From sequence record OL362041.1: DNA of 64,000 bases; one strand, given 5' to 3'. This DNA is from Escherichia phage vB_Eco_OMNI12. The translations under genes were made by a program, and so were the position numbers. The notes under the pieces were generated by a model. It was not told the origin of the DNA, made no database searches, and worked only from the letters and a program-made list of their open reading frames with translations. Below are positions 19,655-28,553 of the stretch, in pieces (within the stretch, counting starts at the first letter, position 1; each line of letters opens with the position of its first letter).

Positions 19655-20062
19655 TCACTCAATTTCAATTTTACTAAATACACAGAATAAGATAGAACAG
19701 ACTATATAAGCACCACACACAGATTGAACTAATACCATTCCAAAGAACCAAACAATATTATCAAACAATGTCTGTTTTACGTCGAAAGGACGTAAACTTA
19801 CAGTAATATTATCGCCTTTTTCTATTGATGAATACATCTCTGGTGAAATATATTCGCTAAATCTATAACCGTCTTTGAGTTCATATACGGCAATAAACGA
19901 TAAACTAGACCCCTTTCCTTGAGTTCCTGTAAGGGTATTAACTACAGTAACATCATAATCTTTATAATGCATATAATCATTAATAGCATAATAACCATAT
20001 GCAACTACTACACATAAACAGCATATCAATAAATTCAATCTTTTAATTATCAACTGTTTCAT
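19655..20062 (-). CDS. membrane protein
   Basis: 135 aa; hydrophobic helices at both ends. Confidence 0.5.
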   Translation of the reverse strand: MKQLIIKRLNLLICCLCVVVAYGYYAINDYMHYKDYDVTVVNTLTGTQGKGSSLSFIAVYELKDGYRFSEYISPEMYSSIEKGDNITVSLRPFDVKQTLFDNIVWFFGMVLVQSVCGAYIVCSILFCVFSKIEIE

Positions 20063-20085
20063 AATAATCTCAATTAAAAGGGCTT

Positions 20086-20116
20086 AGAACCATTATACCA
20101 TCCTTGGTATAAAGCG
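20086..20116 (-). promoter_or_regulatory. middle (MotA-type) promoter candidate
   Basis: Minus strand CGCTTTA (MotA-box-like, 20110-20116), 12-nt gap, extended -10 TGGTATAAT (20092-20100). Confidence 0.45.
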
Positions 20117-20117
20117 G

Positions 20118-20645
20118 TTATGCGAGTACCGTCTTTAACCGTTCTTCAAACTTCCGAAGAGTATTCTGGCGTTCAGCTCTTTGCTTTTTGTAAGTTTCAA
20201 TACGCTCTGAAATGAGAGTGTATCGTTCATTTACTGATTCTTTCATAAAATCAGGAATTTCACGAGAAGCTTTAATCTCGTCAAATTTATCAATAACAGC
20301 TTGCTCTTCAGCAATTAAGTTATCATACATCAAAATATCTTTCTTGATGAACTCAATATCTTCTTGAGTTACACGAGATAATTTAGATGCTTTATCCTTT
20401 TTGTACTGTTCGTTAGTATCACGAGACCAGTGTAATGTACGATTTTTATTCGTATTCTTATAAATTTCTACAATACCAATCTCATCAATAATAACGATCC
20501 AATTCCAACGGGATTTGTAAATTTGTCCTCCATCAACCGTGATTTCACCTCCGATTGAGATGTCATTAAAGAACTTGCTTTGTGCTTCAGATTTAAATTT
20601 ACCATCGTTGTAATTTACCAGGTTGAAAATATCTTTAGCGTTCAT
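20118..20645 (-). CDS. hypothetical protein
   Basis: Start moved to Met 21 (ATG 20645-20643, GGAGG upstream); 175 aa. Confidence 0.5.
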   Translation of the reverse strand: MNAKDIFNLVNYNDGKFKSEAQSKFFNDISIGGEITVDGGQIYKSRWNWIVIIDEIGIVEIYKNTNKNRTLHWSRDTNEQYKKDKASKLSRVTQEDIEFIKKDILMYDNLIAEEQAVIDKFDEIKASREIPDFMKESVNERYTLISERIETYKKQRAERQNTLRKFEERLKTVLA

Positions 20646-20667
20646 TTTGTGTTCCTCCGTAGTTGAT

Positions 20668-20702
20668 AGTTGTATAGTACCACAGAGGAACGGTCTTGTA
20701 AA
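20668..20702 (-). promoter_or_regulatory. T4-type early promoter
   Basis: -35 TTTACA (20697-20702), 17-nt spacer, -10 TACTAT (20674-20679). Confidence 0.6.
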
Positions 20703-20705
20703 CAA

Positions 20706-21020
20706 CTAAAAGAAACTTCTTTCACAATTTTTTCCACTGAACCACGCACTCACTGCTTTCTTAGTCTCAGGAGCAGTGTTATCCATAAACCATTCAAAGG
20801 CAGCCTTTTTATGATTCTGGAGGGCTTCTCGGGCTTTAATCTGCTCACGGTCTATTAACACTAACATATGAGCCTTTCTTGTCACCAAGGGCTTCTTATG
20901 ATTTTTTGAATATTCCCAATCATTTGTCCAGCGCATCGTTGTTGCGAACTGAAATACTGCTTCTTTAATTTTAGTTTCGTAAATTTCACGAGCCTTTGAG
21001 TATAACATCATTACCTCCAT
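20706..21020 (-). CDS. hypothetical protein
   Basis: ORF track 104 aa. Confidence 0.45.
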   Translation of the reverse strand: MEVMMLYSKAREIYETKIKEAVFQFATTMRWTNDWEYSKNHKKPLVTRKAHMLVLIDREQIKAREALQNHKKAAFEWFMDNTAPETKKAVSAWFSGKNCERSFF

Positions 21021-21110
21021 TTACCAGTTTAATTCTAGTCATCTTTTTGATGGCAGTCCATATAATCTATTTCTGAACTGCCTTTTTGTCTTAGAAGGCC
21101 TCTTATGAAT

Positions 21111-22079
21111 TTATTTCAGAAGAGTAACCTCAGCGATTTCTTGCCAACCGTTTTTGTCGGTCATAATAAAGTCAGCAAGATAAAGTGCAGTACGCAGTGA
21201 AACATTGCGTAAACGATTAACATTGACTTTCATCCATGATAATGCTTTATAAGTTTCTTCATCAGAAAGACCGCGCTTTTGCATCATGTCGGTTGAAAGA
21301 ATAACATCTTCAACCCTGACCATAATTTCTTCATTAGTGTGAACACCCAAATCTAAATAAACTGAGCGGGACACTAATGCTTGTAAATGTGGAGCAAGTT
21401 TAGTACCACGGTCTAATTCGCGGTCAATGTCAACGTTTGTGATAAAAACAATCGTTCCTTTAAATTCAAACTCACGCTCAATGCCTTTTTCTTCTAAGTA
21501 AGAAGATGCAGTGCTCCAGCAGACTTTACGGGTCTCTCCAGTGTCCAGAGCAGCTTTCAGAAGATTAAGAATGTCCATATCAGAGAAAACATCCACATCA
21601 TCAATCAAAAGGACAGAATTCTCTTCACGATTATTCCAAAGTTGTTCATAAAGACCGATACCGGAGATTTTACCGTTAATGCTTTTATATTCAATGTATC
21701 CATTATCATTTGCTTTATTCAAAGCTTTATCTAAAGAATACGTTTTACCAATACCCGCCGCACCAGAGATAATTAATGAACGAATGTTTCCGTTAATAAT
21801 ACCATTCGTCATCATTCCCATAACATTAAATCTTTTATTAATGCGGGTTTTCATATCTTCATATGATTCTTTAACTTCTTCAACTTTTACACCATCATAT
21901 GAAATGTCTGATTTGTAAACCCAAACACCGCGACGCTTACCGTCAATTTCAACAAAAACTTTACCATCTCCTTGTGCATCTACCGGAGCATTATCTGGGA
22001 ACCATTCACCTAAGAGCTCAAAAGTTCCAGAGATTTCTTTACCGAAGTAGATACCCTTATTGATAGTTACAGTTTTCAT
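21111..22079 (-). CDS. P-loop ATPase (AAA+-like)
   Basis: Walker A SGAAGIGKT, Walker B VLLIDDVD, sensor-like TIVFITN; start at Met 7 with GGAG upstream. Confidence 0.6.
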   Translation of the reverse strand: MKTVTINKGIYFGKEISGTFELLGEWFPDNAPVDAQGDGKVFVEIDGKRRGVWVYKSDISYDGVKVEEVKESYEDMKTRINKRFNVMGMMTNGIINGNIRSLIISGAAGIGKTYSLDKALNKANDNGYIEYKSINGKISGIGLYEQLWNNREENSVLLIDDVDVFSDMDILNLLKAALDTGETRKVCWSTASSYLEEKGIEREFEFKGTIVFITNVDIDRELDRGTKLAPHLQALVSRSVYLDLGVHTNEEIMVRVEDVILSTDMMQKRGLSDEETYKALSWMKVNVNRLRNVSLRTALYLADFIMTDKNGWQEIAEVTLLK

Positions 22080-22109
22080 TTTATTCTCCAATCTCACATT
22101 TGTTTTGAT

Positions 22110-22144
22110 AGGGTAATAGTATCACACTACTACCCTTCTGTAAA
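22110..22144 (-). promoter_or_regulatory. T4-type early promoter with embedded palindrome
   Basis: -35 TTTACA (22139-22144), 17-nt spacer, -10 TACTAT (22116-22121); palindrome agggta...taccct. Confidence 0.6.
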
Positions 22145-22148
22145 CAAT

Positions 22149-22412
22149 TTATTTTAACGTTCGCCAAATTTTTACTGCTTCACGGCGAGATACTTCTACA
22201 GCTCCAAGTTCTACAGCTTTTTGGCGTCGGCGAGCGTGTAAGTCATAATGTTTAATGCGTTTATCTTGAAACCAAGAACGTTTCATTCCTATTGCTTCTG
22301 CCATTTCATGAAGCTCTTCAATATCTCCATCAGTGAACATATGACAATTTTTAGTTGGATGACCGCGAAGTTTCCATCCATGATTCATTAAAACATCTAC
22401 GTAAACTGTCAT
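22149..22412 (-). CDS. conserved hypothetical protein (possibly DUF4031-like)
   Basis: 87 aa; MTVYVDV...CHMFTD...KRSWFQ...HYDL pattern; family assignment from memory, low certainty. Confidence 0.45.
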   Translation of the reverse strand: MTVYVDVLMNHGWKLRGHPTKNCHMFTDGDIEELHEMAEAIGMKRSWFQDKRIKHYDLHARRRQKAVELGAVEVSRREAVKIWRTLK

Positions 22413-22558
22413 TGATTCTTCTCCAAATAAGTTTCGATAATTTTCTGAGCGAGATAAACTGCATTATCTTCAGTTGCATCTTCTAAGAAACTTTCAAAAC
22501 ACTCTGAAATTTCTTCTGTGTCAATCAACTTTTTTACTTCAATTGGTGTAATTTTCAT
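22409..22558 (-). CDS. small hypothetical protein
   Basis: ORF-track N-terminus is translation of promoter; real start likely ATG 22558-22556 (49 aa). Confidence 0.3.
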   Translation of the reverse strand: MKITPIEVKKLIDTEEISECFESFLEDATEDNAVYLAQKIIETYLEKNQ

Positions 22559-22589
22559 TTTGTTTTTCCGTTTAAGTGTTTGTTTTGAT

Positions 22590-22624
22590 AGTTGTATAGT
22601 ACCATAAAGCTTTATGCTTGTAAA
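22590..22624 (-). promoter_or_regulatory. T4-type early promoter
   Basis: -35 TTTACA (22619-22624), 17-nt spacer, -10 TACTAT (22596-22601). Confidence 0.6.
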
Positions 22625-22648
22625 CAATTTTGTGAAAAATTTTTGAAA

Positions 22649-22674
22649 TAAAAAAAGGGAGCCCGAAGGCTCCC
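22649..22674 (-). terminator. rho-independent terminator
   Basis: GGGAGCC-UUCG-GGCUCCC followed by UUUUUUU, 3 nt after stop of ORF 22677-23690. Confidence 0.75.
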
Positions 22675-22676
22675 TA

Positions 22677-23690
22677 TCATTTATAATAACTTCGGTGGTT
22701 TTCAAGATAAACCCTCTCAAGGAAGTCATCCCAGAAACCCATGTCTACTTTTTGCTGCATACCGTTCTTAGAAGCTTCAGTAGATGCTGCTTCTACTTGA
22801 TCGACCACATCTTCCAAAAACTCTTGAACCGTTTTAAATGGATGTTTACCCAACTTCACGTCGAGAATAAATGGAGCATCTTGGAGTGGATAAACCAAGT
22901 CACCAGTTTTGTAAATTTCCAATAGTTGGAGTCCACCACGGCAAGCATGACTCAGAGCTTTCCAGTCAATGCCCTCATTCGCTTCAGCCTTACGAGCACG
23001 TTCACCGTATTCAGCATCTAATTTGTTCAGTGACTGCTTAAGCTCAATAAGAGAAAGCGTTGTCTGATATTTACGACCCAACACTGTGTAGAACGTCTGT
23101 GGGCCTGTTTTCTCATGATTATGGAACACCCATTCACAGAATTCGTTTTCTGGAAGACGATGCTTAATATCTTCAACTTTAGTACGACGCTGCTTAATAG
23201 AACCATCTTCTTGGTAATCAACCCATTGCTCAGGGATTTCATTAACTACTTTCAATACATCACGTAATGCAGCCAAACGAGAACCCTTAACGCCGTATTT
23301 AGAAGCTTGCTTACGGACATATCCTAAATAGGATTTCATGTTAGTCGTATAAAAACGAGAACGGTTGTCTTGAATAAACTTCCACACATCAGGCAAATCA
23401 GATTTAACCACTAACTCAGGTGGAGTGTGAAGCATATCTAACGCTACAGTTTCACCATCTGCTGCTAATTTAAAGAAATATTTAAGACTGTATAGTTCAT
23501 GGTCAATATCATCTTTAGTGTTTTTAGATGATGTGTTGTTAGTGTTTTTACTCATGTGCTCTTTAACATTTCCAATAAGAATATCACGAGCAGGAGGAAC
23601 AAAGATTTCTTTAAAATCTACATCAGATTCTGGGGTAGAAGTTCCATAAAGATGACTACCAAAATAGCTTTTCATTACTGTTTTCATCAT
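22677..23690 (-). CDS. putative Pol-beta-superfamily nucleotidyltransferase
   Basis: 337 aa; N-terminal YFGSHLYGTSTPESDVDF fits the G[GS]x9-13DxD signature. Confidence 0.55.
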   Translation of the reverse strand: MMKTVMKSYFGSHLYGTSTPESDVDFKEIFVPPARDILIGNVKEHMSKNTNNTSSKNTKDDIDHELYSLKYFFKLAADGETVALDMLHTPPELVVKSDLPDVWKFIQDNRSRFYTTNMKSYLGYVRKQASKYGVKGSRLAALRDVLKVVNEIPEQWVDYQEDGSIKQRRTKVEDIKHRLPENEFCEWVFHNHEKTGPQTFYTVLGRKYQTTLSLIELKQSLNKLDAEYGERARKAEANEGIDWKALSHACRGGLQLLEIYKTGDLVYPLQDAPFILDVKLGKHPFKTVQEFLEDVVDQVEAASTEASKNGMQQKVDMGFWDDFLERVYLENHRSYYK

Positions 23691-24148
23691 TCAGCCTTAT
23701 ATTCAATAACAGGACATACTTTAGCTTTACGCGCTTTTAAAAATTCGACGATAATAGATTTCTTGGGTTGAATAGGAGGTAAACCTTTATACGCCCTATC
23801 AATATTTTCTACATGTAAAGCATAATCCTTTTTCCATTTATAATCTTTATATTTTTCACGCAAGTGTGCAGGAATAACAAATGAACCGATAATAAGTAAA
23901 ACAACCAAAAGTGCAAGTATAAATGCCGATGGAAGAAGAGTCCATAAACTACCAAAAATAAGCCATTTCTGTATGATTTCTGCACAGATAATAGTTAGAC
24001 CTGCGAGTATAGTACATCCGAAAAAAGAAACGAAAAATGTAGGGATAACAATAGACCAAAAGTATGCACACAGTGTCTTAGGTCGTTTCCATTCGTCGTT
24101 AAACAGTTTGAATAATTTATAGTGCCAAGAGTTTTCATTAATAATCAT
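23687..24148 (-). CDS. membrane protein
   Basis: 153 aa; three hydrophobic helices. Confidence 0.5.
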   Translation of the reverse strand: MIINENSWHYKLFKLFNDEWKRPKTLCAYFWSIVIPTFFVSFFGCTILAGLTIICAEIIQKWLIFGSLWTLLPSAFILALLVVLLIIGSFVIPAHLREKYKDYKWKKDYALHVENIDRAYKGLPPIQPKKSIIVEFLKARKAKVCPVIEYKAE

Positions 24149-24150
24149 AA

Positions 24151-24672
24151 TTATCCTTTCATTGAAGGTGTAACAGTTGTTAAATACTTAATCATAGCTT
24201 CAGCTTCTGATTTTGATAATGAAATTTCTTCATTGTTTTGACGAATAGAAATAAAATCCGGATGACGGTCACCACCAGCTTTTAAAACACACATATAAGT
24301 ATCAGTTTCATCTTCAATATCTGAAATGATTGAAGCAGTTCCACATGAATGTGGTTTTTGATAAATCAATACAGCTTTTCTTCCACCGTTTGACTGTTCA
24401 TAAACTTTTAACACATCAAACAAATCGCTTCTTTTATCAATAGCTAAGATGTTGTTTTCATCTTCAATATTAAATCCTTCGGATACTTCATAAAGTGTCA
24501 CCCATAAATCACCAATATCAATAACAGCGTTCACTTTTCCATGACTTTCAAGAGCATTACAAATTTTCTTAATTTCATCATAACTCATTTTAATAATATC
24601 ATCTCCTTGAATAAGGAAGATGTCATTTTTAAATTCAACACGAATTAAACCACTTCCACTTGAAATAAACAT
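24151..24672 (-). CDS. hypothetical protein (paralog of 24679-25236)
   Basis: 173 aa; C-terminus SKSEAEAMIKYLTTVTPSM resembles neighbour. Confidence 0.5.
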   Translation of the reverse strand: MFISSGSGLIRVEFKNDIFLIQGDDIIKMSYDEIKKICNALESHGKVNAVIDIGDLWVTLYEVSEGFNIEDENNILAIDKRSDLFDVLKVYEQSNGGRKAVLIYQKPHSCGTASIISDIEDETDTYMCVLKAGGDRHPDFISIRQNNEEISLSKSEAEAMIKYLTTVTPSMKG

Positions 24673-24678
24673 ATTTCC

Positions 24679-25236
24679 TCACTTTGAAATCATAGTTGGA
24701 ATGACAGAATCGAGATAAGTCTTTAGCGCAATAGCTTCGTCTTTGGTAAATGTGACAATATGTGATCGAAAATCGTCGATTTGGCGAATAGTTAAGACAT
24801 CTCCCTCTTCATAACATTTTGATACGTTTAAAACAGTTTCATCATTCTGATTGCAAGCGTTAGTAATAATAGCATTGCAATTTTTGAGCCATTTTAAACT
24901 ATGTTTTCTTTCATTAGAATAATAAAAATATTTAATCTTATCTATAAAACTATCCCAATGGATAACTGATAAACACATTGACTCACTTTTAATATTAAAT
25001 CCTGGGCATGAAGAATAAAAATGAATTTTGTGCTCATCATTGATGCTTACTATTTTATCAGTATAAGGATATTCAATTTGGGTTAAATGAATGATTTCAC
25101 TAGGCGTAAAATATAGCATATCGTCTTCTTGTGTCAAACAATACATATTATTTACTTTTTCTATAGCTAATTCACCAAAAAGCGGACTAACTTCTAATAC
25201 TAATCGTTTCATATTGATTCTCTTCGACTCACTCAC
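24679..25236 (-). CDS. hypothetical protein (paralog of 24151-24672)
   Basis: 185 aa; C-terminus TKDEAIALKTYLDSVIPTM. Confidence 0.5.
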   Translation of the reverse strand: MSESKRINMKRLVLEVSPLFGELAIEKVNNMYCLTQEDDMLYFTPSEIIHLTQIEYPYTDKIVSINDEHKIHFYSSCPGFNIKSESMCLSVIHWDSFIDKIKYFYYSNERKHSLKWLKNCNAIITNACNQNDETVLNVSKCYEEGDVLTIRQIDDFRSHIVTFTKDEAIALKTYLDSVIPTMISK

Positions 25237-25365
25237 AATTACATACTCCTTTGAATAATATCAATAATGTTGTTCACCAGATTATAAGTAAACATTGGAT
25301 AATTATATTGAATCATCACATACACAACAAACAAAACTTTCATTCTCTTCTCCTTGGCAGTTGAC

Positions 25366-25400
25366 AAGATTACTATACCATAACCTTGCCAACTTGTAAA
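25366..25400 (-). promoter_or_regulatory. T4-type early promoter
   Basis: -35 TTTACA (25395-25400), 17-nt spacer, -10 TATAGT (25372-25377). Confidence 0.55.
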
Positions 25401-25404
25401 CCGT

Positions 25405-25578
25405 TAAATGTTGTTTTCAATAAAATTCTGAAGCTTTGTGTGAGCATCAACCATGATTTTCATTTCTTCTTTGGCGAAAGCTGTACCTCTTTCCCGAGAA
25501 GAACACTCATAGTCAGAAACTGCATTAGCATATTCTTCAATTAGTTTCATTAAAAACATCTGCTTTTCAGTTTTCATT
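25405..25578 (-). CDS. small ORF (57 aa), not in ORF track
   Basis: Hand-translated MKTEKQMFLMKLIEEY...; AGGUGG 6 nt upstream of ATG 25578-25576. Confidence 0.35.
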
Positions 25579-25761
25579 GTTCCACCTAATCATTTCAAGA
25601 TATTGAACTAACTTAGCTTTAGATTTATCCAAATCCTTTTTAGCTGCTTCTATACCATCGTATGAATATCCTTCACAATGCTCAACTGCTAATTGATATG
25701 AATCTATTTCAATATCACGTGCTAATTTAATGATTTTTTCAAACTGTTCGCGTGTTAGCAT
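25567..25761 (-). CDS. hypothetical protein
   Basis: ORF track 64 aa. Confidence 0.4.
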   Translation of the reverse strand: MLTREQFEKIIKLARDIEIDSYQLAVEHCEGYSYDGIEAAKKDLDKSKAKLVQYLEMIRWNNEN

Positions 25762-25763
25762 AC

Positions 25764-26003
25764 TTACACTCTCGTATTATGATCGATAATTTCATCAAGA
25801 AACATATCTAACGCTTCTATAGCATTATCCACTTTAGTTTCAAAGTCTTTAATGCCTTTATTCGAAATACCCGATGAATACCAAGCAAAGTCAATCAGCT
25901 CTTCATCTGCTTTGCGAATTGAAGCCACTAATTCCTTAATTTTATCTGCTTGTTCAATGCTAGTCATTATTCCACCACATATGAAAGAGAGAATATTGCA
26001 CAC
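25764..26003 (-). CDS. hypothetical protein
   Basis: ORF track 79 aa. Confidence 0.4.
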   Translation of the reverse strand: MCNILSFICGGIMTSIEQADKIKELVASIRKADEELIDFAWYSSGISNKGIKDFETKVDNAIEALDMFLDEIIDHNTRV

Positions 26004-26155
26004 GCCATATGAGTTGCAGCTTCATCACACATATCATAACGTTTCTTAAGAAGTTCTACAAGTTCTTCACTAGTAACTTCATCCATGTCGACGAAAAAAT
26101 CACCATTAATGATGACGTAGATATTTCCTTCTTGATTGAGTGCTTCAATTTTCAT
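25967..26155 (-). CDS. hypothetical protein
   Basis: ORF-track start lies in promoter; start moved to ATG 26155-26153 (GAGGAG upstream), 62 aa. Confidence 0.4.
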   Translation of the reverse strand: MKIEALNQEGNIYVIINGDFFVDMDEVTSEELVELLKKRYDMCDEAATHMACAIFSLSYVVE

Positions 26156-26177
26156 GATGTTCTCCTCTTTATCCGAT

Positions 26178-26212
26178 GGTTGTATAGTATCACAGCTCAA
26201 ATTGAAAGTAAA
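26178..26212 (-). promoter_or_regulatory. T4-type early promoter
   Basis: -35 TTTACT (26207-26212), 17-nt spacer, -10 TACTAT (26184-26189). Confidence 0.55.
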
Positions 26213-26222
26213 CTGGTAAAAT

Positions 26223-26246
26223 GAAAAAAGTCTCCCGAAGGAGACT
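26223..26246 (-). terminator. rho-independent terminator
   Basis: AGUCUCC-UUCG-GGAGACU followed by UUUUUU, directly after stop of ORF 26251-26637. Confidence 0.75.
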
Positions 26247-26250
26247 AATG

Positions 26251-26637
26251 TTATTCGAGGGAAAGAAGATATTTGCTCTGGTAAAACATCCCAGTAATAT
26301 CATCTATCGTGCTTTGAATGGCTGGAGGCATTTCTTTATAAATGCTGTTAGATTGGTCTAGTATGCGATCAATCATTTTAATTGTGTCGGTAGGAAGTTT
26401 ACTGGCATCTGGAATAGAAGGCGTGTATTTTCTACCAGAATACCCCAAATATTGCTCACCAAATTTATCAATCAAATCTGGCAACTCAGAGAAAATAAAA
26501 TCGTATGCTTTGTGTCTAGCATAACTTTTAGTTTCAAAATGCGCAGAATGAAAATAAGCTTGTGCAGCCATTAATAAACCTAAGTATTCATCTGCCTTTG
26601 AAGGTTTTCCACTTTGTGAAAAGTCGCTGAATTTCAT
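26251..26637 (-). CDS. hypothetical protein
   Basis: ORF track 128 aa. Confidence 0.5.
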   Translation of the reverse strand: MKFSDFSQSGKPSKADEYLGLLMAAQAYFHSAHFETKSYARHKAYDFIFSELPDLIDKFGEQYLGYSGRKYTPSIPDASKLPTDTIKMIDRILDQSNSIYKEMPPAIQSTIDDITGMFYQSKYLLSLE

Positions 26638-26927
26638 TCAGTCTCCAATTTAATGTTCATAATTCTAGCGTATGATTGTGCCATCTCCGCGCCTCGCTCT
26701 ATACATTCAAAATCGGAAGAGCACGGGTCATTTTTATAAGTCGTTCGCATAAAACTATAGAACTGTTCAGATGATTCTACGCTTTTGTTTTCAAAAAGCA
26801 TATAAACGTGTCTAATACCAGATTCCATAAATTTATCAAAATGAGGATCGACATTCGCTTCAATTGGTGGAGATAAAGCAAACGCTAATCCTAGCATGGC
26901 AAATAGTGCCGTTGCTTTTAAGGCCAT
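26634..26927 (-). CDS. rI: lysis-inhibition regulator rI
   Basis: 97 aa; N-terminal signal-anchor MALKATALFAMLGLAFALS; length equals T4 RI. Confidence 0.75.
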   Translation of the reverse strand: MALKATALFAMLGLAFALSPPIEANVDPHFDKFMESGIRHVYMLFENKSVESSEQFYSFMRTTYKNDPCSSDFECIERGAEMAQSYARIMNIKLETE

Positions 26928-26939
26928 AAAGGCCTCCTA

Positions 26940-27152
26940 TCATTTTTGTCCTGTATTTACTTTATGCCGATGCACGGCCTTAACTTTATCAAGGTATTTT
27001 TCAAAATTTCGCAATCTAGTATAGTCTGCCGGAGATTGGTTGAGTGATACTTCTCGACGCAAAGCTGAAATGATATTTCCAACTTCCCTACGAATTTCAT
27101 CTAATTGAAGAACAGTAAGATTGCGAAGTTGCTTTTCAGTTAATTGTAGCAT
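26940..27152 (-). CDS. hypothetical protein
   Basis: ORF track 70 aa. Confidence 0.45.
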
Positions 27153-27194
27153 ATATACCCCTTTAGTTAGATAAACCTATTTATAACTTTTGCA

Positions 27195-27776
27195 CTAACC
27201 GAGCTTTTTAGTTAATTCATTCCAATGTTTTCTACACAAAGAAACATAAATTTCATCACCAATACAGATTTGATTACCTTCTTTAACTGGTGTTCCATCT
27301 TCCATTAATCGAGCTGTCATAATAGCTTTTTTACCACAATGACAAACTGCCTTTAGTTCAATAAGTTTATCTGCAATCGCCAAAAGTTCTTTAGAACCTT
27401 CAAATAATTTTCCAGCGAAATCAGTCCTTAGCCCATAAGCCATAACAGGAACATTATATGTATCAACAATTCGACTTAATTGATGCACCTGTTCAGTTTT
27501 TAAAAACTGAGCTTCATCTACAAATACACAATGAATATCTTTTTGTGCTTCAGCCCATTTATAGAACTCAAAAATATCCATATCATCCGTAATAATATTC
27601 GCTTCCTGCTTAATTCCAATGCGAGAAACGACTTCACAGACAGAATCGCGAGTATCAATAGCAGGCTTAAGAACTAATACACCCATTCCGCGTTCTTTAT
27701 AATTATGTGCAGCAGTCAAAAGAGAAGCAGATTTTCCAGCATTCATTGCTGCGTAAGTAAAAATTAAACTCGCCAT
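27195..27776 (-). CDS. tk: thymidine kinase
   Basis: 193 aa; P-loop AMNAGKS, Zn-ribbon CHCGKKA...CRKH. Confidence 0.9.
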   Translation of the reverse strand: MASLIFTYAAMNAGKSASLLTAAHNYKERGMGVLVLKPAIDTRDSVCEVVSRIGIKQEANIITDDMDIFEFYKWAEAQKDIHCVFVDEAQFLKTEQVHQLSRIVDTYNVPVMAYGLRTDFAGKLFEGSKELLAIADKLIELKAVCHCGKKAIMTARLMEDGTPVKEGNQICIGDEIYVSLCRKHWNELTKKLG

Positions 27777-27785
27777 ATCACCTTC

Positions 27786-27971
27786 TTAAAGCATATTCAC
27801 ATAAGCTATTAATTCGTTTTCTTTCTTATCAAACCGATCAGCAAATTCTTCTTGCTGTTCGGGAGATAGCGGGCCGTATTCATCATAAAAGGTGTTTGCT
27901 TCTGTATGCTCATCTAGAAGTTCATGGATAAGCTCAAACAATTTATCTTTTTGTTCTTTACTCAGACTCAT
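27786..27971 (-). CDS. hypothetical protein
   Basis: ORF track 61 aa. Confidence 0.45.
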   Translation of the reverse strand: MSLSKEQKDKLFELIHELLDEHTEANTFYDEYGPLSPEQQEEFADRFDKKENELIAYVNML

Positions 27972-28141
27972 ATATTAATTTCCAGGAGTTTTAAAATAAT
28001 TCGCTTTTGCTTAAATATTTCCATAGTTAAATGACCAGTATCTTTTTGACCGATTCCAATGGCAAAACCTTTATTGACAGCGAGTTCAATTAAATTATCA
28101 AGCTCACGTAACACTTCATACTGTAACTCAAAACTATTCAT
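27968..28141 (-). CDS. small ORF (57 aa), not in ORF track
   Basis: Hand-translated MNSFELQYEVLRELDN...; ATGA start/stop overlaps with both neighbours. Confidence 0.4.
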   Translation of the reverse strand: MNSFELQYEVLRELDNLIELAVNKGFAIGIGQKDTGHLTMEIFKQKRIILKLLEINI

Positions 28142-28365
28142 TTCGGTTTACCTTCTTTAACGAAATCAGGATAAGGATAAAATCCTGAATAAAATCCTTC
28201 ACCTTTATGATTGATGCATCCTTTATTAGAACAATAGCACCAATAATCGAAATCACAAGCCATTTCATCATTACATAAAGCAAAAACAACTGGCCATTCA
28301 CACTTTTCACAATGGGCATTTTTAAGAATACTAGTTTGGCTCATAACCATGTAACCTTTAAACAA
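28138..28365 (-). CDS. cysteine-rich small protein
   Basis: 75 aa; 10 Cys (CEKCEW...CNDEMACDFDYWCYCSNKGC). Confidence 0.5.
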   Translation of the reverse strand: MFKGYMVMSQTSILKNAHCEKCEWPVVFALCNDEMACDFDYWCYCSNKGCINHKGEGFYSGFYPYPDFVKEGKPK

Positions 28366-28553
28366 TATTCTTCTACATGTTGTTTACGACCTTTCCTATC
28401 AATAAAGGTATATTCAACGAATGTTCCAATATAGTCTTTATCTACATCATGTGGACTATTAATTGGGCATTTAGTACGGCAAATGCGTTCCCATTGACGA
28501 ATAATTTCCACTTTGTTTTTAGGATCAAACGGATGCGGGTAATGTACTTTCAT
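28341..28553 (-). CDS. hypothetical protein
   Basis: ORF track 70 aa. Confidence 0.45.
   Translation of the reverse strand: MKVHYPHPFDPKNKVEIIRQWERICRTKCPINSPHDVDKDYIGTFVEYTFIDRKGRKQHVEEYCLKVTWL

Noticed and set aside
20646-20705. N-terminal extensions containing ..GTIQLSTT.. in ORFs 20118-20705, 22409-22729 and 36531-36914
   Set aside because: These residues are the translation of the conserved early-promoter sequence (ggtactatacaactatcaac). Starts were moved to the first Met downstream of the promoter that has a Shine-Dalgarno sequence.
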